Of a DNA stretch of 64,000 nt, positions 60,241 to 64,000 are shown one piece after another (position 1 is the first letter of the stretch; each line of letters opens with the position of its first letter). The notes under the pieces were generated by a model. It was given only the letters and a program-made list of their open reading frames with translations. It was not told where the DNA came from and ran no database searches. This DNA comes from Tubiluchus corallicola (taxonomy: Eukaryota > Animalia > Priapulida), in the NCBI GenBank assembly GCA_030141605.1, contig JAQGDQ010000401.1, positions 62,001 to 126,000 on the forward strand, written 5' to 3'. Both the position numbers and the translations under genes were made by a program.

Positions 60241-61166
60241 CTTTATTTAGAGTTGTCTTTAAATTCAATCGACAACAAAAGCCTGCCATGAGGTTTTTGT
60301 CACCTAATCAACTACAATTACAACTACGTAACAAATTATTATTATTACCCCACTTTTACCCTAAATACTATCATGAATACTGCACAACCTTGTCCTCTAA
60401 CCTGCCTTTCTTTGTTTCTTTCCGACCTTACAGGCAAGATTTGTTCCTATGTGGGTTATTTGCAGGTATGCAATGGCTTATTTACCGAGAGCTGCCTCTT
60501 TCACATGCATTTAAGAGTTTTGCTGCAATTTATTTGTATCTACTGCATGTACGTATCTGTGTATAACAGGCACATTTTAAAGAGCTGTTATGTGTCTTTA
60601 AGGTTTTCAAAATGCTTAAGGGTTTGTTCAGTACTCTTCCTAGATTTTGAACTTTGGTTTTTTGCATTTTGTATTCTGTAGTGAAATAAAATGAAGTATT
60701 AAGAACCTTAGTCTGCTTTCTATCTCTCTAAACATTGCTTGTTACTATTATAGGCCTATATATTCAAATAACTCAAAAGTTATATGTTTCTTAATAGCTC
60801 CAAACTATGTGTGTTGATAACTCCAAAAGTAAATGGCTTTTGTAGCTCTAAAAGCCCTTTGCTAACCTAGAATATTCAGTTTGTAGTTCAGACTTTCAAG
60901 GTTAAAGTGTACAGTCACCATACTCGATCAGCTGATTACAATATACATTTTATAGTCTGGATTTTAAGTCAGTTGTTTCTAAATTAGAAGTTCAGTAATA
61001 CTACAAAGACTTGTTATCTGTATGGTCTGGATTTAGATTAGCTAAGCCTGAATAACTATTGTTGCTCAGTTTTTTGGAACTTTTTGCTTTGCTAACAGTG
61101 AGTATTTGTATATTTTGCTATTGGTTTACAGAATTTTTGCGTGTTGTCTAACAGTCTTTTTTCAGA

Positions 61167-64000
61167 ATGTCAGAGCAAGCAACTGTTCAAGCCCATAGCA
61201 AGGCCAAGAAAATCATAAAATCCCCTGGATATGCAAAACGTGTTGAATCTGATACCTCGGCAGACGAGGAGACCCCGATAGCTGACTTTGAAGTTAACAT
61301 TGCTAAGAACTGTAGTGATGCAGCTCAGCTAGTTAAGCTAGCAAACAAACCTTAAGATACTTAAGACTTGCATGGTTTTTTAGATAGGCTAAATAGATAG
61401 ATACCTAAATCTAATTTTTAGATAGTTACCTAAATCTGTGCTTGTAGCTTTTTGAGATTGAACAGAGAAGCGGAAGTCTTGGACCACCGAAGAGCTTCGT
61501 GACCGTTTGCAGAATTATGATGTCAACTTGGAGGCTGTTGAAGAAGAAGCTTTTTCACTTCGGCTTCTTCAGGAGCCAGATCACTTCAACCGTAAGCCAG
61601 ATTATTTCAAATCACAGAGTGTTCCTCGAGGTGAGAGTGTATTGCAAGTTGTGGATCAGCCCAGTCAGGGCAAAAATCCAATAACACTTTTGGTAGGAAA
61701 ATTCTTTGTACATTTTGTAAATCAAACCAGCATTATAGCAATGGATGTACTGTTCATTCTACTGTTGCAGCTCGTAAAGCACTTTTTGCCGGTAGGTGCT
61801 TTTAAGTGTTTAAGCATTAACCATTATGCACTTAACTGCAAGTCTTCACATGTTTGTATCCATTACAGCCTACCAGGTCATCATCAAAGTCTTTGTTTAA
61901 AAAAGTTTTCCTCTGGAACAGGTGCTGTCATCCTGCTGACTACAACATCTGCTTCAGAAAAGGCTTTGTGTTCAACTACCTCGGAGAGTGTATGTATGCA
62001 AACTGCTTCTTGCATTGTAAGTAATCATGTTACTAATCAAAGGGTTCGGGTGTATGCAACGCTTGATTCAGAAAGTGCTTGTTCTTATATAACTACATGT
62101 TTAGCTATGCAATTAGGCATTAAACCAACTAAATGTTTCCTTTGGCAGTATTATGCTAACACTAAATTAGCATAATTTAGCTCTGGGTAAACACCCAGAG
62201 AGCTAGCACTAAATTAAGAATAGTTTATAATGCCTCTGCTAAGGTGAATAAATCTAGTCCATCCCTAAATGACTGCTTATACTGAGGCCTGTTCTAATGC
62301 CTGACTTATGCAGTGTACTTCGTCATTTCAGGATGCACGAGTATGAATTAGTTAGTGACATTGAGAAGTCCTTCCTTGCAGTTGGTTTACATGAGCCTGA
62401 TCAAGACGTCACACATTTTCTTTGGCTAAAGGTATTAGTAACACTGATCCTACTGGTAACTTGCAAATATTTTGTTTTACTCGCTGTCTGTTTGGAATTC
62501 TGTGTAGCCCATGGATGCTAGCAGCCCATGTTGCCAAAACTGATGAAGCCATTTCCTTCTACAAATTAGCTAAAGATCTCTTTTCAACGGCATCTATGAA
62601 TTTGAGGGAATTTGGTTCTAATAACATAAAGTTTGTTGCTTCTCTACCCGAGAAAGATAAAATTGCATCCTCAGAAATAAAAGTATTAGGATTAAAATGG
62701 AGCGCCAAGGATGACACATTGTCTATTTCGCATAAGATTGTTGTAAACATACACAATAATCCGCTAAACACGAGATATTAAAACAAGTTGCAAGTCTGTT
62801 TGACACCTGTGGTTATGTATCTCCGCTTACACTTGATGCAAAGTTGTTTTTAGCTGAACTTTGGGTAGAAAAGTATGGCTGGGACCAGTCACTTAGTGAG
62901 CGTCATTTAGAACAATGGGAATTGATTGCTGATCTTCGCATATACCCCGTTGTATTTGTACTAATGTGGATGATGATATTTTATTTAATCTGTTGTGTTT
63001 TACTGATGCTTCTATGTATGCTTATGCTTATGTTGTCTTTTTACACCAGGTACCTCATGATGGGCAAGTTAGAGTGGATTAGGTCTTTTCCAAGAACTGC
63101 CTCGCTCCATTCCATGCTTAGAATTTCTAGGAGATTTAGTTGGCGCTCGTGCTGATAACTACGTTCGTCAAGAACTTAAATTAAGTACCGTAGCATGTAC
63201 ACTGTCTACAGACTTTTTGTGCGTATTATACTGGTTAAAGTCTAGTAAACCTCTTACTGCATTTATGCAGAAGAGGGTAGCAAAAATGTGTAGGTTTGAC
63301 AATTTTTTTTCCTTTCGCTGTGTACTATCTGTGCAGAACATTGCTGATTGTGCTACCAGGCCAAATTCTGGTCAGTTATCTGAAAGTTGGTTTCATGAGC
63401 CTGAATTTTTGCTTTCTGAAAAATCGGAATGGCCTACTTGTGATTTGCCTCCTCTTACATCTTTGCAATTAAAGCAGATAGAGGCAGAGATCAAAACTAA
63501 AGAGTCTAAAGAAATGATTGCTTTTGAATCTGTTCTTAGTGCTACAGATAATGTAACATGTGATCTTACTGTCATATCAGTTAATAAGTTCTCTTCTCTT
63601 CTCAGGTTACTTCAAACGACATGTTACATCTTTAAAGCTGTGAGGCTGTTTTGTAATCTTCCCGTTAGTGCACGTGTCTCTACTGCTGACTTGGAAGAGC
63701 GAACTTTAGCATGGGTGAGGCAGGCACAGCATTCTTTCACTTCTGAGCAGCTGAGGCATTTGAAAAATTTAGATCTCATTCCTGGATAAGGATGTTATTA
63801 TTCGATGTACAGAACGCTTAGGTAACCTAGTTTATTATGATTCTCAGAGGCCTATCCTCTTACCTAAGGACTATGAATGTTCATGTTACTAATTGCATAC
63901 GGGCCCATCTCAGACACTCGCAAAAATGAGTCAAAAATGTTTGATTCACAGTGGGCGTGTTGTTAACCACCGGGTTTTGTCTGGCTATCGATCATTCATA
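61167..64000 (+). mobile_element. Degenerate BEL/Pao LTR retrotransposon (gag zinc knuckles, aspartic protease, RT, RNaseH/Peptidase_A17 remnants); runs off the window
   Basis: FKCLSINHYALNC..VCIHY..GHHQSLC knuckles; LDSESACSYI protease; PDLCSVLRHFR..VSDIEKSFLAVGL..DQDVTHFLW; FTRCLFGILCSP; MNLREFGSN; KVLGLKW; VLYWL..NIADCATR..WFHEPEFL..EWP; many frameshifts and deletions. The 5' boundary (61167 ORF) is uncertain. Confidence 0.92.

Larger units (their letters stand above)
50480..61350. repeat. Tandem segmental duplications of a ~3.5 kb unit (mucin exons + candidate terminal exon + putative retrotransposon 5' end); related copy at ~43210-45269
   Basis: Identical ORFs recur at 52973, 57667 and 61167 (spacings 4694 and 3500 bp; the difference matches the LINE insert). 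Confidence 0.92.

Overview
AT-rich animal (invertebrate-like) genomic DNA; the organism cannot be identified from this window. Most ORFs in the supplied track are intronic noise or exons with intron read-through. The window is dominated by one large, intron-rich + strand locus reconstructed by hand from GT/AG splice sites and reading phase. Its order is: candidate signal-peptide exon (3576); [ShK-ShK-cbEGF] x2; five near-identical cbEGF exons in a ~1.8-2.0 kb tandem array; a 4-Cys truncated EGF; a second, paralogous signal-peptide exon (24396); three C-type-lectin-like domains (3 exons each); and 20 intact one-exon-per-repeat acidic Ser/Thr mucin-like exons plus 7 decayed ones. A third ShK-ShK-EGF-EGF cassette (45270-49807) sits inside the mucin array, and there are ~3.5 kb tandem duplications at the 3' end. 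All repeated modules are phase 1-1, so the locus looks like ongoing exon shuffling. Mobile elements: two non-autonomous hAT elements with 8-bp TSDs, a pogo/Tc2-type deletion derivative with TA TSD, a 5'-truncated CR1/L2-group LINE inside a mucin pseudo-exon, SINE-like remnants, and a degenerate BEL/Pao LTR retrotransposon at the right end. No transmembrane or certain terminal exon was found. One G/T tract (46568-46728) looks like a sequencing artefact, so the copy number of the young duplications needs read-level validation.
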